Source: Takakia lepidozioides (Eukaryota > Plantae > Bryophyta). From it: a stretch of DNA of 64,000 bases. A program made the position numbers and the translations under genes. Numbering within the stretch: position 1 is the first letter of the stretch; every line of letters starts with the position of its first letter. Shown here one piece after another: positions 48,362 to 61,573 of this stretch. The notes beneath the pieces are model-generated. The model had not been told where the DNA came from and searched no databases. It was given only the letters and a program-made list of their open reading frames with translations. The stretch lies in contig CM060731.1 in NCBI GenBank assembly GCA_030704615.1, positions 33,046,001-33,110,000 on the forward strand, read 5' to 3'.

Positions 48362-49898
48362 TATGTACCGTTGCAGAATGTAGGTAGCTTTGAAGGAGCT
48401 TCTAGTTTAGGAGCAGCTAGAAAGCTGTTGAGAGGTGAGAAGCTTCCACGGGCGCTTCCTCTCGAGGAGTTGAAGCTTCCCTCGGCGCTTCCTCTCAAAG
48501 GAGGAGATGAGGGCTTCAGTAGGCGCTTCGCCCCAAGGGGGTATTCAAGGACTTGAATCTTTGTACCATCTACTTTCCGACAAGGAAATATCAGCCTTCC
48601 CTTCTTATTATGTATGGAGCGAACCCTCGGTCTCCATGGATGATTGGACAACAGCGGTGCCCCATTTATTTTTTCAGGTCCAAAGTCCAAAGTAATAATA
48701 AATAAATAAGGGCCCCAAATCCTGGCAGGGCTACTCCTGAAGGTTGAAAAAACGGAGAGGATTAGAGGAGTCACTGGGGAGGTAGGACACGTGTGTTGGA
48801 CTGGGTGCAATGTGAGGCCACATGTAGAGGCTTGCATACAAGTAGGAGGGTGGGAGTCCAGCAGGATAAGGCTGTCGGATGAGGCCGTGGTCCGTTGGTG
48901 GGACCCACCACCTTGAGACAATACATATACAGGGTGAGTAAGGGCTACATACATTAAGGTTTCTTCTGTCCACCTCACCAAATGGTGGGCTCTGGGGCCC
49001 CGCTTAGAAGATGAAAATCTGGAACTCAAACCGTCTTCAAACAATGAGGAGCAGATAGTACGTGGGAGCAGGGCTCGCAATGGGGTGGGATACCAGGTTA
49101 TCGTTTGGTAGCAAATTGCACTGGTCTTCAATTAGTTTGCACTGACATGTTCAGCAAAGAGTCTTTGTGGTAGTTGTATTGTAATCAAAGAAATCACCTG
49201 AGGGTGCATCCAGATCCTTCGGTAGACTTTTGAACCTATTTACCAGTCCGTCCGTGGTTACATGAAAGTTCATTTTCCAATTTACAAAGCAGTAGGCTCT
49301 GTAAAAGCATGGGACATTTGAACAAACGTTTTTAATCTTTTTGGGATTTTAAGAAAACCTGTCAAGGATACAAAGAGAACATTTATGCAGTGAATCAGCA
49401 ACCTTCATGGGAAGGAAGTTGCCTCTCATAAGAACACTTCAAGACTAAGCCTGCCATGTTTGCATAGGCCTCCTGGGTATAGTGGTGTGGGTTTAGAATG
49501 AGCTAAAAGATCGATTCCTGCATTTGCAAGTATTGGTTTTACCTGCGAAAGATGGTAACTTCAAATGCCAGTAGTTTCCAGTAGATTCTTGGGTGGCACA
49601 TTTGATACTCAAGGAAGGAACAACAAATGCAACCTGTTTACAGAATATTACTCGGTAGAAACAGCCTGGTATAAACACACAACCAGGATCTAAGATTCGT
49701 GAATTACATAAATAATTGAACTCTGAACTCCTCCCAATAAGACATACACCATGGAATTTGGACAGTATATTCTGGTGCCATGTGCCACTGGTGCGAATAT
49801 TCAGAGAGAAAAAGCAATGTGAGGACTTGAAAGTGACCACTTGGGTAGAGGTTTAGGACAACAAACTCCGCAGGAAAGGAGTGGGGGCAGGTACCTGT

Positions 49899-50394
49899 AC
49901 CTTTTGCACCAGGTTGATTCCATCAGGACCATGAAGGTCAACTACCTCCTGACCTGTGATGAGCTCTATCAGCAACTGCACACGTGGCCGGCAGCGCTTA
50001 ACTGTTGCCAAATTAAATACCCTGGATCCAAATATCTACTTGCCATACCTCCAATACAATCAGGAATTCATGGGCCTGGATGGAACTCAGTATGAATACT
50101 GGACCCACTTATGCAATCAAACTTAGTCATACCTTCAGGACAAATGGACAGGAAAAAATAGTTCTACAGAGATCAGCACGGGTTGGGGGGGACAGAGAGT
50201 ACCCAGCAGTAGCAGGCCGAGTGGGAATCTGAGTATCCAAGTCATCTCCCACTTTAGAGATCCCAAAGTCAGAGAGCTTAGCCACCACCAGGTCATCCAG
50301 CAAAATGTCCTGGGTTTCACATCCCGGTGGGTAACCTGTGCATCCTCCCGTCCTGGTTCACTGCCAGTTAGACTACGCTTTAGATAGATGAGAC
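49899..50394 (-). pseudogene. Receptor-like/cytoplasmic protein kinase remnant (subdomains VI-X), frameshifted
   Basis: HRDVKP [frameshift] ILLDDLVVAKLSDFGISKVG...TRPATAG; intron; YLDPGY...LIELITGQEVVD...NLVQK. Confidence 0.8.
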
Positions 50395-51002
50395 CTGCAG
50401 GAAAATAATCCCTCAAGTGGCAAGCAAACAACAAAAAGTCCCTGGGGGAACCCAAGAGACTAGAGTAAAAAAAAGGGAAAGTACTCAAAGCTATGATATT
50501 ACATTTGACTCAACTCCCACTGCTTGGTGATCAAGAAGAAGGGAGCATCGTACTTATAGAACATACATTACATAATTCATTTTGGTGCTATTTCTGCTCA
50601 GCAATACATGCTTCTTCGCAATCATTCCAGAACAACTGCTCCAGATATGTGGTGGAAGTCATCATGGTCATCATGGTATCATCGTACATTCTTATAACAA
50701 ATAGTTGACAGTTGTTGTCAGTCACTTACATCGCTGGTTTGTTGGAGGTTGTTTCAGGTACTGTGATGTAGTTGCAGTATGCACTTCTGCGCAAGAAGGT
50801 TAGCCCAGTATTTCAAAGCTACCGTTTACAGTGACTGGTCCAATCCAAGAGTCCGAGAATGGAATCTCTCTGGTAGAGCCTTTGGTTGCAGCGCTTGGAT
50901 TACCTGCATGAGACACTCCGACTGCATGCTTTAGTAGTTCTCTGGTTTCTGCAGTTGTATGTTTTGTTTCTATTGTTCTTTGTTTAGCTGCATTACTGGC
51001 TA

Positions 51003-53972
51003 TCACCAATAATCCCCACAAGAACATGCCCCATTCTTGAAGTGATGAAAGCGATTGGCATCCCTTGCAACAATTTCTCGCCTGACGATCTTTGAGATGA
51101 ACTTGGTGGCAGTGTGGCAATCACCACATATCCTAAGGTTCTTGCTGATACGAATAACTGTCCCTGGGGCAGTGCTGATGAGGCCAAAAGCAATGGCCAG
51201 CTTTTCACTGTGGTGGCAGAGAGCCTGTTCCTTTGTCTGCTGATCCACATTGTGCAAGACAAAATGTGTATCCGGCACATATCCCAACTCCTTCATCTGC
51301 CTAGACAATCTCTCCAACTCAGCATAAATTTCATCTGTTTGTGGGTGTAGTCTGTCTTCTGTAACAAATGTATGCACCCTGTTCTGGATCTCAATACGCG
51401 TGTGTCCTGGTTCCTTTTTCACACCCCTCACCTCCACCACTTTTCTGACCTTTGATACATCATCCCACCTGCCAGCAGCAGCATAGATGTTTGAAAGCTG
51501 CACATATGCCGCAGCATTTTGTGGATCTAACTCAAGAAGATGTCCTGCAGCATATTCGGCTATATCTACATTGCCATGGATTCTGCAGGCCGCAAGCAAT
51601 GCCCCCCACACTGGAACATCTGGTTCAAATGGCATTTTCTTTGTAAAGTCCTCTGCATCATCCAAGTACCCTGCCCGACCAAGAAGGTCGACAACGCAGG
51701 CATAGTGCTCTGGTGTTGGTGTGATGTCATGATCTCCACTCATGGAACAGAAGTACTGACAGCCTTCATCTACTAGGCCCACATAACTACATGCAGAAAG
51801 AACACCAATAAATGTGACATTGTCTGGCTTCACCCCTTCCCATTGCATCTGTTCAAACAGTTGGAGGGCCTGCTTGCCATGACCATGCTGGGCATACCCT
51901 AGAATCATTGTGTTCCATGACACGACATCTCTCTTGTTGATTCTGTCAAACACTTGTCTGGCATCCCCCACACTCCCACATTTGGCATACATGTCAACAA
52001 GTGCGTTTCCTACCCGGATATCTGACTGCAATTGACATCCCATGATGTGGGCATGAATCCACTTGCCCTCTTCCAGGGCTGCTTGGCTGGCACATGCTTT
52101 GAGGATGCTAATAAAAGTGACAGCATTTGGCTTCATGCCTTCTTGTAGCATCTGCTGGAAAAGGTTAAATGCCTCGGTACCATGTCCTTGCTGAGCTAAA
52201 CCTGCCATCAGGGCATTCCACGAGATTACATCTCTTTCCGGCATTTTATCAAACACTTGGCCAGCATCCACGAAACTCCCACACTTGCAGTACATGCTCA
52301 CAAGGGCATTTCCCACCCGTACATCTGAGTTAAATCCAGCTCTGACTATGCCTGCATGGAGCACCTTGCCCTGTTCTAGAGTCACTGGGCTGGCGCGGGC
52401 ATTGAGGATGCTTGTGAAAGTTATCTTGTTTGGTTTCATGGCTTCTCGTTGCATTTGCTGAAAGAGTTCAAATGCCTCTTCGCCATGTCCTTGCTGGGCG
52501 GATCCTGCAATCATCGCATTCCATGATACCACATCTCGCTTAAGCATTTTGTAAAATACTTGGCGTGCATCCACCACACTCCCGCATTTGCAATACATGC
52601 TGATCAGGGCAGTCCCAACTCGAACATCGGACTCAAATCCGGCTTGGATAATGTCCGAATGGAGCCGTTTGCCCTGTTCCAGAGCTGCTGGGCTGGTACA
52701 GGAGTTCAGTATGCTTATGAAGGTGATCTTGTTTGGCTTCACACCTTCTCGTTGCATATGCTGGAAAACTTCAAAGGCCTCCGTAGTATGCCCTTCCCAA
52801 CCCAGTCCTGCGATCATCACAGTCCACGAGATCACATCTCGCTTGCGCATTTTGTCAAAGACTGTCCGCGCATCCACTACACTACCACACTTGCAGTACA
52901 TGCTAACAAGGGCATTCTCCACCCGGGCATCTGAGTCAAATCCAGCCTTGATTATGGCCGCATGAAGCCGCTTGCCCTTTTCAAGTACTACTGGGCTGAC
53001 ACATGCGTTGAGAATGATCGTGAAAGTCACGTTGTTAGGTTGTAAGCCTTCTCGTTGCATTTGCTGCAACAATTCAAACGCCTCTTCGCCAAGCCCTTGC
53101 TGAACAAGTCCTGCTATCATTGAATTCCATAAGACTACATCCTGCTTAGGCATTTCAGTAAACAATCGGCGAGCCTCTGCCACGCTCCCGCACCTTCCAT
53201 ACATGCTAACGAGTGCAGTACCCAGTCGAACATCTGACCCAAATCCAGCTTCACTGACGCTGGCGTGGATCTGTCTGCCCTGTTCCAGAGCAGCTGGACT
53301 GACACATGCATTGAGGATACTTAAGAAGGTGATCTTATCTGGCTTTACGCCTTGAAGTTGCATTTCCTGAAAGAGTTCAATTGCCTCTTCACCATGCCGT
53401 TGCTGCGCCAACCCTGCAATCATCGCATTCCACGATATCACATTGCGTTGGGGCACTTCATCAAACACTCGGCGCGCATCAACAACACTCCCGCATTTGC
53501 AATACATGGTAATAAGGGTGTTCCCGAGTAAAGTGTCTGACCCAAATCCACTTTTGATGATGTGGGCATGGACCTCCCTGCAGAATGCCAAGTCTTTTGT
53601 CCGAGCACAATCCTGCAAGAGACTAACACACGCATCAGAATATACCGCAAAGCCTTGCTGCTCCGCCACATCCAGAATGTGCACTTGCTCGTTCAATCGT
53701 CCCTCTTTGCACACTATGCTCTCATGCCTGATTTCCTTTCCCCCTCCGCTTACTCTTCGTCCGTTAGAGGCAGTGGTCACAGTTGCCGTGCAGACATCCA
53801 TATCTTTGCCCAGACGCTGATGCCCAACAAACAAACCAGTCTGATTCCACAACTGAAACCCCCAGCCCTTGCATGGTAATAAAATGTCCCCAGAGCACAA
53901 GGCAACTGAGGGTTCAGTATGGAGAAACGCAATGTGGATCATTTTGCTCACATTGCAGGCAGAGAGATGCAA
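51003..53972 (-). CDS. PLS-class PPR-E1-E2-DYW protein (organellar C-to-U editing factor)
   Basis: 989-aa intronless ORF with about six P-L-S triplets, [29 protein letters not shown]. Confidence 0.96.
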   Translation of the reverse strand: MHLSACNVSKMIHIAFLHTEPSVALCSGDILLPCKGWGFQLWNQTGLFVGHQRLGKDMDVCTATVTTASNGRRVSGGGKEIRHESIVCKEGRLNEQVHILDVAEQQGFAVYSDACVSLLQDCARTKDLAFCREVHAHIIKSGFGSDTLLGNTLITMYCKCGSVVDARRVFDEVPQRNVISWNAMIAGLAQQRHGEEAIELFQEMQLQGVKPDKITFLSILNACVSPAALEQGRQIHASVSEAGFGSDVRLGTALVSMYGRCGSVAEARRLFTEMPKQDVVLWNSMIAGLVQQGLGEEAFELLQQMQREGLQPNNVTFTIILNACVSPVVLEKGKRLHAAIIKAGFDSDARVENALVSMYCKCGSVVDARTVFDKMRKRDVISWTVMIAGLGWEGHTTEAFEVFQHMQREGVKPNKITFISILNSCTSPAALEQGKRLHSDIIQAGFESDVRVGTALISMYCKCGSVVDARQVFYKMLKRDVVSWNAMIAGSAQQGHGEEAFELFQQMQREAMKPNKITFTSILNARASPVTLEQGKVLHAGIVRAGFNSDVRVGNALVSMYCKCGSFVDAGQVFDKMPERDVISWNALMAGLAQQGHGTEAFNLFQQMLQEGMKPNAVTFISILKACASQAALEEGKWIHAHIMGCQLQSDIRVGNALVDMYAKCGSVGDARQVFDRINKRDVVSWNTMILGYAQHGHGKQALQLFEQMQWEGVKPDNVTFIGVLSACSYVGLVDEGCQYFCSMSGDHDITPTPEHYACVVDLLGRAGYLDDAEDFTKKMPFEPDVPVWGALLAACRIHGNVDIAEYAAGHLLELDPQNAAAYVQLSNIYAAAGRWDDVSKVRKVVEVRGVKKEPGHTRIEIQNRVHTFVTEDRLHPQTDEIYAELERLSRQMKELGYVPDTHFVLHNVDQQTKEQALCHHSEKLAIAFGLISTAPGTVIRISKNLRICGDCHTATKFISKIVRREIVARDANRFHHFKNGACSCGDYW

Positions 53973-55387
53973 GCAGCGGCCACCAGCTCGATTACTGAGA
54001 GAGAATCACTCCGAACCTGCCTCCAGGAAGTTCTGACAATTTGTTGACAAGATTGAGCGGACCGAAGCAAGTTGTAACTTGACGACCTCGGGTTTCGGTT
54101 TTGGGTCCATGAGTCCCGTCCTAACACCGGTCTGGTTTCAGAATTGGAAAGTGAGATCATATTGTACTCTGTTTCCGGATTTCTTCCAGATCGTACTCAA
54201 TCAGATGAGTTGGAGAACCAAGAAATGCACTTTTACAAAGAGAAACTCATCTCCCTGCTGTGACCGAGGATTGAGGAGAGAGTCTTGAGCTGAAATTGAC
54301 AGGAAAACAGATCGCAATTTCAGTGGAGGGGAGGGTGACAATCTCATGACAGGCATTACAACCATCAGTCAAGTCCTGCTACCTTGGAGATACTCTATGG
54401 CTGCAAAGCCCATCAGACTCGAACACTTACATATCTATGTGCTTTCACCATACCCAAGACCCACCACTGCATGGTTGGGCATTATGGCAAAAAATGTGGG
54501 GATATGTAGTCTAACGGTATACATTGAGAGATGGTCACAATGTTGGTATTATCTTCCAGAGTCAAATCTTGGGATGCTGACGCAGCGATAACTTCGTGCG
54601 TTGCCACTCTACATCTTCAGTGAGGACTCCGTGCTCATACAGGGTCCACAGATGAAGGGCCGGCTGAGCCCACCACCAGCGGAACCTCGTGCAATGCCCA
54701 GCCTCTTTGGATTGCCCGACAGAAAGCAAGATCAAAGTGGCTTCCACGGGTTGCTTCTTCTGCGAGAAACTCTCGGTGCGTAAGTGCAACCTCCACTTTT
54801 CTTTCGGGATTAACAAGGCATGCTGTGGCGGTAGGCTGTGGTAAGCTCACAGAAGGCTAACATCTATTTTCACAAGCAGCTTCTTGCACTTGAAGTAGAA
54901 ATACAGGCTACAGGCTCCATATGTCCTTCCGCTGCTTGCTCATACTCCCCTTGAACTAATGTCATTGCATACTACGAAATGGTGTAACGCACACACTCAG
55001 CCTGCAGAGGCATCATGTGTGGTTCTTGCAACAACACACAAAGCAAAAGAAATTGGCACCCCGCATTATGCCCTGTCGAACAAGTTTCAGTGCGAAGTAT
55101 TTGGCAACTCAGAACAAGCATGCCACAAGTTACAGTAGCAAAACTCAGTACACAAGTGATAGTAACAAGAAATCTTTGCTCGTCTCATAGGCAAAATTGT
55201 TTGAGAACTAGACAGGGACATACTCATCCCATTCCTCAGTCTGCCAGTGAGATCAATACTTTTCAGTCGGACCACCATTGTCAACCGATGGTAGGATCCA
55301 TCAAGTGCATTCCTGAATGATTCCATATCACTCGAAACGAGACCTACAGCGCAGATGCGACTGGCTGCTAGCTCACACGAAGCTTTA

Positions 55388-55759
55388 ACTACTGTGTTCA
55401 AGCTATCACAGATTAAAGAAAACTAGCGGGTACCTTGACAGAACCATGACAGCCTAAAAAAGCTTAAAAAAACCTCCACAGGGTTAAGTCGAAAGGGGAC
55501 CTCCGTACATAACTACTGTGTTCAAGCTATCACAGATAAAAGAAAACTAACGGGTACCTTGACAGAACCATGACAGCCTAAAAAAGCTTCAAAACACCTC
55601 CACAGAGTCAAGTCGAAAGGGGACCTCCGTACACAACTACTGTGCTCAAGCTATCATAGATAAAAGAAAACCATCAGGTACCTTGACAGAACCATGACAG
55701 CCTAAAAAAGCTTCAGAAAACCTCCCCAGAATTAAGTCGAAAGGGGACCTCCGTATATA
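55388..55759. repeat. 124-bp tandem repeat, 3 copies
   Basis: ACTACTGTG starts at 55388, 55512 and 55636, with high identity across the unit. Confidence 0.95.
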
Positions 55760-56574
55760 ACATGAAATGTTAAGAGTTCAGTGACGTAGAGACAAATATA
55801 ATGTTGCGAAGTGGAAACCAGAGAGCATCTTCCAAGCTGCAACAACTAGTCCTTCGGAAACCTTGAGACCAAAGATACAAGAGCAGATGGACGGACAACT
55901 CAACACCACAGACTGAAGTCTGTAGGCAAGACTATAAGACCTCCCAAAGGCACTCATCGGTGTGCCTAGCAACACTGTATAGCACTCAAACTACCACAAG
56001 CAGATGGATGTACAACTAGGAGTCACAGGAGTGGAAGTTTGTAGGCAAGACTGTACTCGGAGAGAACTTCCAGAAGCACACGTCGGAGTGTGCCAAAACC
56101 ACACAAAACAGATCATTTACGAGCTCAGAGCAATTAATAAGTATCACAGGACAGGCAGTGAGCCTGCTTCAGAATCTCTTGGGAATAGATCTTCCTGCTG
56201 CAAAACAGTACCGAGCATATATCAATCAAAACTTTCGAACATGACATAGAACAAGAACAAGGGCCATGCAACAAGGCCTACGCCTCTTAAGGCCGATCCA
56301 ACGCCTGAGGCCCCCTCCACACGCAGTGTGGTCAAAGATGAAGTGGCTTTCCGGTGGAAACTGTGGCAAGTATGGCCGCAACCCGCACGTCTCATCCTCC
56401 AGAGCAACCATAGCCGACAGCTCTGACATTACTTCAGAGACACCAGGACAAAGCCGGCAACCAGTGTTGAGAATCCCCGGAGCTGCTGCCAGATTTGTAC
56501 AGCTCGCTCAGAGATACACAGGGCTTAGATATCGCGTCAAAAGCTGGACCACCAGTAAAGCTTCGCCTTCACTT

Positions 56575-57087
56575 TCAGAAGTCGCTGTTTCGGTCATTCT
56601 TCCAGTTCCCTGAACCGGATCCGCCACGGCCACCACCGCCATACCCGCCACCACCCCCATAGCCACGGCCACCACCACCGTAACCGCCACCACCGCTCCC
56701 ACGGTCATTGTCACCATGCGAACCACCTCCATAGCCTCCGCGGCTTCCACCACCGCCATATCCACCCCCTCCTCCGCTGCGGTAGCCACCACCACCTCCT
56801 CGACCACCTCCGCCGCCTCCGCCACCACCACGCGACTGCGCTTGATTGACAGTAATATTTCTCCCATCAAGCTCCTTCCCGTGCATGGACTCAATGGCAT
56901 TCTTCATCGCCGCTTCATCAGCGAAGGTCACAAAGCCGAACCCCCGAGAGCGACCAGTTTCCTGATCGTTGATCACCTTGGACTGCAGCACTTGTCCGAA
57001 GGGCCGGAACGCATGTTCCAGTCCCCCCTCATCCGTGGCCCATGCCAGCCCTCCCACGAAGCATCTGAACTCACCAGAGTCCCCCAT
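56575..57087 (-). CDS. Glycine-rich RNA-binding protein (RRM + Gly-rich tail; GRP7/8-like), coding region intronless
   Basis: MGDSGEFRCFVGGLAWAT (RNP2), ETGRSRGFGFVTF (RNP1), LDGRNITVNQAQSR, GGYG repeats, GNWK. Confidence 0.95.
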   Translation of the reverse strand: MGDSGEFRCFVGGLAWATDEGGLEHAFRPFGQVLQSKVINDQETGRSRGFGFVTFADEAAMKNAIESMHGKELDGRNITVNQAQSRGGGGGGGGGRGGGGGYRSGGGGGYGGGGSRGGYGGGSHGDNDRGSGGGGYGGGGRGYGGGGGYGGGGRGGSGSGNWKNDRNSDF

Positions 57088-57426
57088 CGCTCTTGCTCTC
57101 TCTAACCCTACAGCGCAAGGACGGCCAGAGCAGAAGCGAAAGAAGCAGAGCGAGAGCGGGAGAGCCTGAAAACTCAAGAGAGAAGAAAGGCTGCGAACGA
57201 CGACGCTTCCAAGGCCCTCCGTGTCCCAAAATATCCCTGCTCACTCCACGTGGCCACATCTCATCCGTTCGTCCACATCTCATCCATCCAAGTTAACACT
57301 TAGGCTTAGGGTTTCCTGAGAGCGCCGTCGGCCGTAGCTCTGTCTGTCTGTCTGTCTGCCTCTCTCTCTCTCTCTCTGTGCGTGAAGGATCCTTGTCCCA
57401 GCAATCGAGCTTTATACAATCCAGCT
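57088..57426. promoter_or_regulatory. Compact bidirectional promoter between the GRP and RPS2 genes, with G-box and telo box
   Basis: The ATGs are 340 bp apart. CCACGTGG at 57246-57253, TAGGGTTT at 57307-57314, CT-rich tracts in both leaders. Confidence 0.65.
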
Positions 57427-58421
57427 ATGGCGGAAAGAGGAGGAGAAAGAGGTGGAGGTGAGAGGGGCGGGTTCGGGCGGGGATTTGGTCGGGGCGACCG
57501 TGGAGGGCGTGGAGACAGAGGGCGGGGCGATCGCAGGGGTGGGCGTCGGGGGCCCAAGCGGGAGGAGGAGGAGAAATGGGTGCCTGTGACCAAGCTGGGA
57601 CGGCTGGTGAAGGATGGGAAAATTAAGTCTCTAGAGCAGATTTATCTGTTTTCGCTTCCCATCAAAGAACATCAGATCGTGGAGTTTTTTCTGGGGGCTG
57701 CCTTGAAGGATGAGGTGATGAAAATCATGCCCGTGCAGAAGCAGACTCGGGCTGGACAGCGGACTAGGTTCAAGGCGTTTGTGGTTGTGGGGGATAGTAA
57801 TGGGCATGTTGGTCTTGGAGTTAAGTGCAGCAAGGAGGTGGCCACGGCCATCCGAGGGGCAATTATCTTGGCGAAGCTGTCTGTAATCCCTGTGCGGAGA
57901 GGCTACTGGGGTAACAAGATTGGGAAACCGCATACGGTGCCCTGCAAGGTGACTGGGAAGTGTGGCTCCGTGACTGTGAGGCTGGTTCCTGCCCCTCGAG
58001 GGTCAGGGATCGTGGCTGCCCGCGTGCCCAAGAAGGTGCTGCAGTTTGCAGGCATCGACGATGTATTCACGTCTTCTCGGGGATCCACCAAGACGCTTGG
58101 CAACTTTGTGAAGGTAGTTTTTCTTTCTGACCTACTGTCTGTGGCATGTTTTGGTTTCCGAAGCTTCAATTTGCAAGGAAGATTAGGTTCTGGTGTAAAT
58201 AGTTTGATGCTGAATTGTATATTCGCCCCTTTTGACTGTTGTCGGCATTTATCATGCAGGCCACGTTCGAGTGCTTGTTGGAAACCTATGGATTTTTGAC
58301 CCCTGACTTGTGGCGAGAGACACGCTTCACCAAGTCTCCATTCCAAGAGTTCACTGACTTCCTGGCGAAACCTCACAAGATTAGCGTGCTGGAGGATGTG
58401 GAGAAGACCCCTGTCTACTGA
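57427..58421 (+). CDS. RPS2: 40S ribosomal protein S2 (uS5), 2 exons (57427-58113, 58260-58421)
   Basis: RGG-rich N-terminus, [46 protein letters not shown]|ATF...[20 protein letters not shown]. Confidence 0.97.
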
Positions 58422-61400
58422 TCTGCATGGTAGTTTAACCGCAAGAAGTCCTGCATGGTAGGCGAGAAGCAAGCAAGCTCGAGTTGACATGTCACATGCA
58501 GGAAGGATAGAAGCCCAGTGCTAGAATTGCACTTGGGACATGAGTTTGTTTTGTTCCCTATTCTCCTTACCATCCCTGCCAACGAAAATCCCCTCTCACA
58601 TCATGTTTTGGTGGTTCTGCAGCTTACACATAGTGCAGTGAGAACGTAATTTGGTGGTTTGTAATACTGGTACTCTGGTAGTAATTCAGTCTAATGGGTC
58701 AAATTTTTTACACAGCCAGTTCACTTGCAGCATTGGGTTATCTCAGGTTGGATTTTGGATTAGTGGGGTATTATCTCTTGGCTGATATTGAACTCAGAAC
58801 AGATGTAATTAACATTGTCTGAGAGTCTTGTTAGCAGACCCCAATCCTACCGGGGGGATTGGCCTCAGCAGGACTCCCTCCCTTCTGTTAAAAATGCAGA
58901 GAAATGTTTGAGAGTTCGTCTCTTGGCTTCACCACCCTACCCGTAGCACTGGGCTGGTGCTTTTCACCCAGCCCCCAACATTCTGCTCCCATCACATGTG
59001 CTGACGAATGCCTCAATGCAACTTTTTTTTGGTTTGAGAAAGGAATCTGATTGGACAATCATTTTTTTCCCTTACCATTCCATTATGGGGATCAAGATAA
59101 TGGGGATTGACAGACCTCTTCCAGCAGTGCAACTTGGACTTCTATTCAGCACATTGTAGCTCAAGTGGAATGTTGGAGTTCAACAACAGCATAACCCTCA
59201 CTTGACCTGCCCCCACAAGCTTTGGCAAATGTATCTCTTAGTTTACGACTCACAAGCACTCCAGAACCTGAGCTACATATTCCAGGTTCTTCCCAACCTT
59301 CAATTTCGTTCCAAAACGTCACGTCTTTACAGATACCAGCCTGTAATCAGATACTAGCCTGTAAGTTCAGCACGATTACTTGCGTGTGCCTGCTTTGGTA
59401 TCTTAGGATGGTAAGATTCATCCATCATCTCCCGAGCAAGGATGTTCACTCAGTTTCAGCGGACGTTTCAATCTGAAACAAGAACCGCCGCCATGACGGA
59501 CAGTATGATTCATCCATCGTGTTCCCGAGCAGGATGTTTCAGATTCAGTGGACCTCGACAGTCCGTTGTCGACAGGGACGTGGTTGCTCGGCATCCCCCC
59601 TCTCTCTATCCTTCCTGCAACGCTCCTCGATCACCACAAACATGCACAGATTGGGCATTTCATATCTTCTGTTGTATCGACGACCTCTCTTTCCCCTCTC
59701 TCTGGATCTCAATGTTTATGTAGTTAGGCGCCCCTCTCTCTTCCCCCATCCCCGCTGCCTCCAGCCCAGTAGGGGACAGTGTTTCTGCACATCCAACATT
59801 GGCTCCAACCTCGCAGCTGCCGGACATGGTGGATTTTGTAATTATAAGACTTACATGTCTTTCCGCCTGCATTGTGCAGTGACTTCAATGGCAGTGACTT
59901 GACAATCACCTCAGAGCCGCTGGACAGTTAATATTTTCAGGTTTCTCTTGATAACTACGTGGGTTTCAAACCTAGGTACGATCATGCAATGTGGAAGAGT
60001 CGTGCTGTATTCATCATATGCTAGATCTCTTGTCCTCAAAAAATTGCAGTCGCTTAGTTTGAATTCTAGAGGCAATGCAGATAGGTTCATTCTTCTGGAT
60101 TCTCATTGTGGCCAAGGCCTTTTCTGTGAATTTGTCCCTGGCTTGTAGCTCTTAGCCATGAATAGTTGATTGACATCAAAAGTATCTTCATGCCCTCGTC
60201 ATGCTCTCATTGCCTTAACCAAGCAGATCGGATATCGTAGCAGTTGCTTGAAAGCATGTGAATATAGTACAATGTGGCAAGTGTGGTCGTACTACTGCAG
60301 GTAGAGCAATGTACTCTTGAAAACATCATTACAGCGTCGATTAACTGTAGTACCGTGCACTTGGGGTTCCACGCTGTGAGCTCTATAAACTTTGTCTTAG
60401 GAGACCATCTCCAGTACACGTGAGCTGTTAGCTTTTGAATGTTTCAAAGCCTAGAACCTTGAGATGTGGTATCTATCACCCACATATATAAACAGCAATA
60501 CATGTGTATCAGCATTCTTAAGTCTGGTGAGTGAATGTGATGGAAACAGGAGCTGTGGAGGCTCTTGCGTCCTCTCCACGAAACCAGCAACTTAGCAAGC
60601 GGACGGTAGCTTTCACTGAACATCATGGCCGTCGCTTGCATGTGACTCCTCCCCTGCGGTCCAGTGGCAGCAATTAAGCAAGGAACATTTTTGTGACGGA
60701 GATGATCGCATGATATGTACAGCGCATTGTTTTGCTGTTGATATCCCCCACTTGAATGGGGCTCAATGTTCGTTCAACTCTAACCACAGCTACAATTTCA
60801 ACGAGTTTGACATGTGGTCTGGATTTAGTAGTTGCACCTTCCCTCACTAACTCATGACCGTTGCTCTTTTCTCGGCATGAGAATCTTCTGTAAGTAGACA
60901 CATGTGCTTGATGGTCAGCAGACATCATCATCAGTGATCCTCACTCTGAGGAGAGCTTCAGACTTTCACTCAGTGTTCTTCAAGAAAGGAAGATAGCGCT
61001 GGCATACTGAGAAATTATGTGGACATTGGTCCTTCAGCTTGGTCACGGTCACATACGTTATTCTTCTTTTCCAGTGCTCAACTGTCCATTTTTCACTTTA
61101 CTACTTCTGTTTCCTTCAAGCAGGAAGCTGTTTCACTATCTGCGAGCAACACCGAACACGGCGGAAGGAGGGATTCTCTTCAATCACAGACTCTATTTCG
61201 CGGAAGATTCTACAAATGGCAAATTGACATCTTTCTCATCGATCTTTCTGTACATGGTATTCATCTTTCCGCTTCCATTGCTATATATTATCATCTCTAG
61301 ACGAACTTCTGCACTCCTAGATATGGAACATTCCTGCGGTAATTTCTCTTTTGCACAGTAGTTGACGATGGAGGCTGCGAGTAGAAGACGATTTGGACAG

Positions 61401-61573
61401 ATATCATAATCAACAGATTGGTCGAAGATTGATACGTAATATCGCAGTTTCAACTACCTCAATTGTATGTAAGAAGTAAAAATTTATGAGAATTGTCATT
61501 GCACATTGGGGCACATATCGCACATAATACAAGACTCTGTGATGTTGTAGAGAGGAAAAAGCAGTTTGTACAT

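Noticed and set aside
48361-49131. 256-aa minus-strand ORF and a TGGTATC PBS-like motif
   Set aside because: No recognisable domain, the PBS match is only 7 nt, and no paired LTRs were found.
55388-55759. Hammerhead ribozyme or C/D snoRNA cluster in the 124-bp repeats
   Set aside because: No CUGAUGA core paired with GAAA, and no C/D box pair visible on either strand.
59400-61450. Short ORFs and a ~93-bp two-copy repeat between RPS2 and PsbR
   Set aside because: No recognisable protein or RNA family; may be decayed coding sequence.
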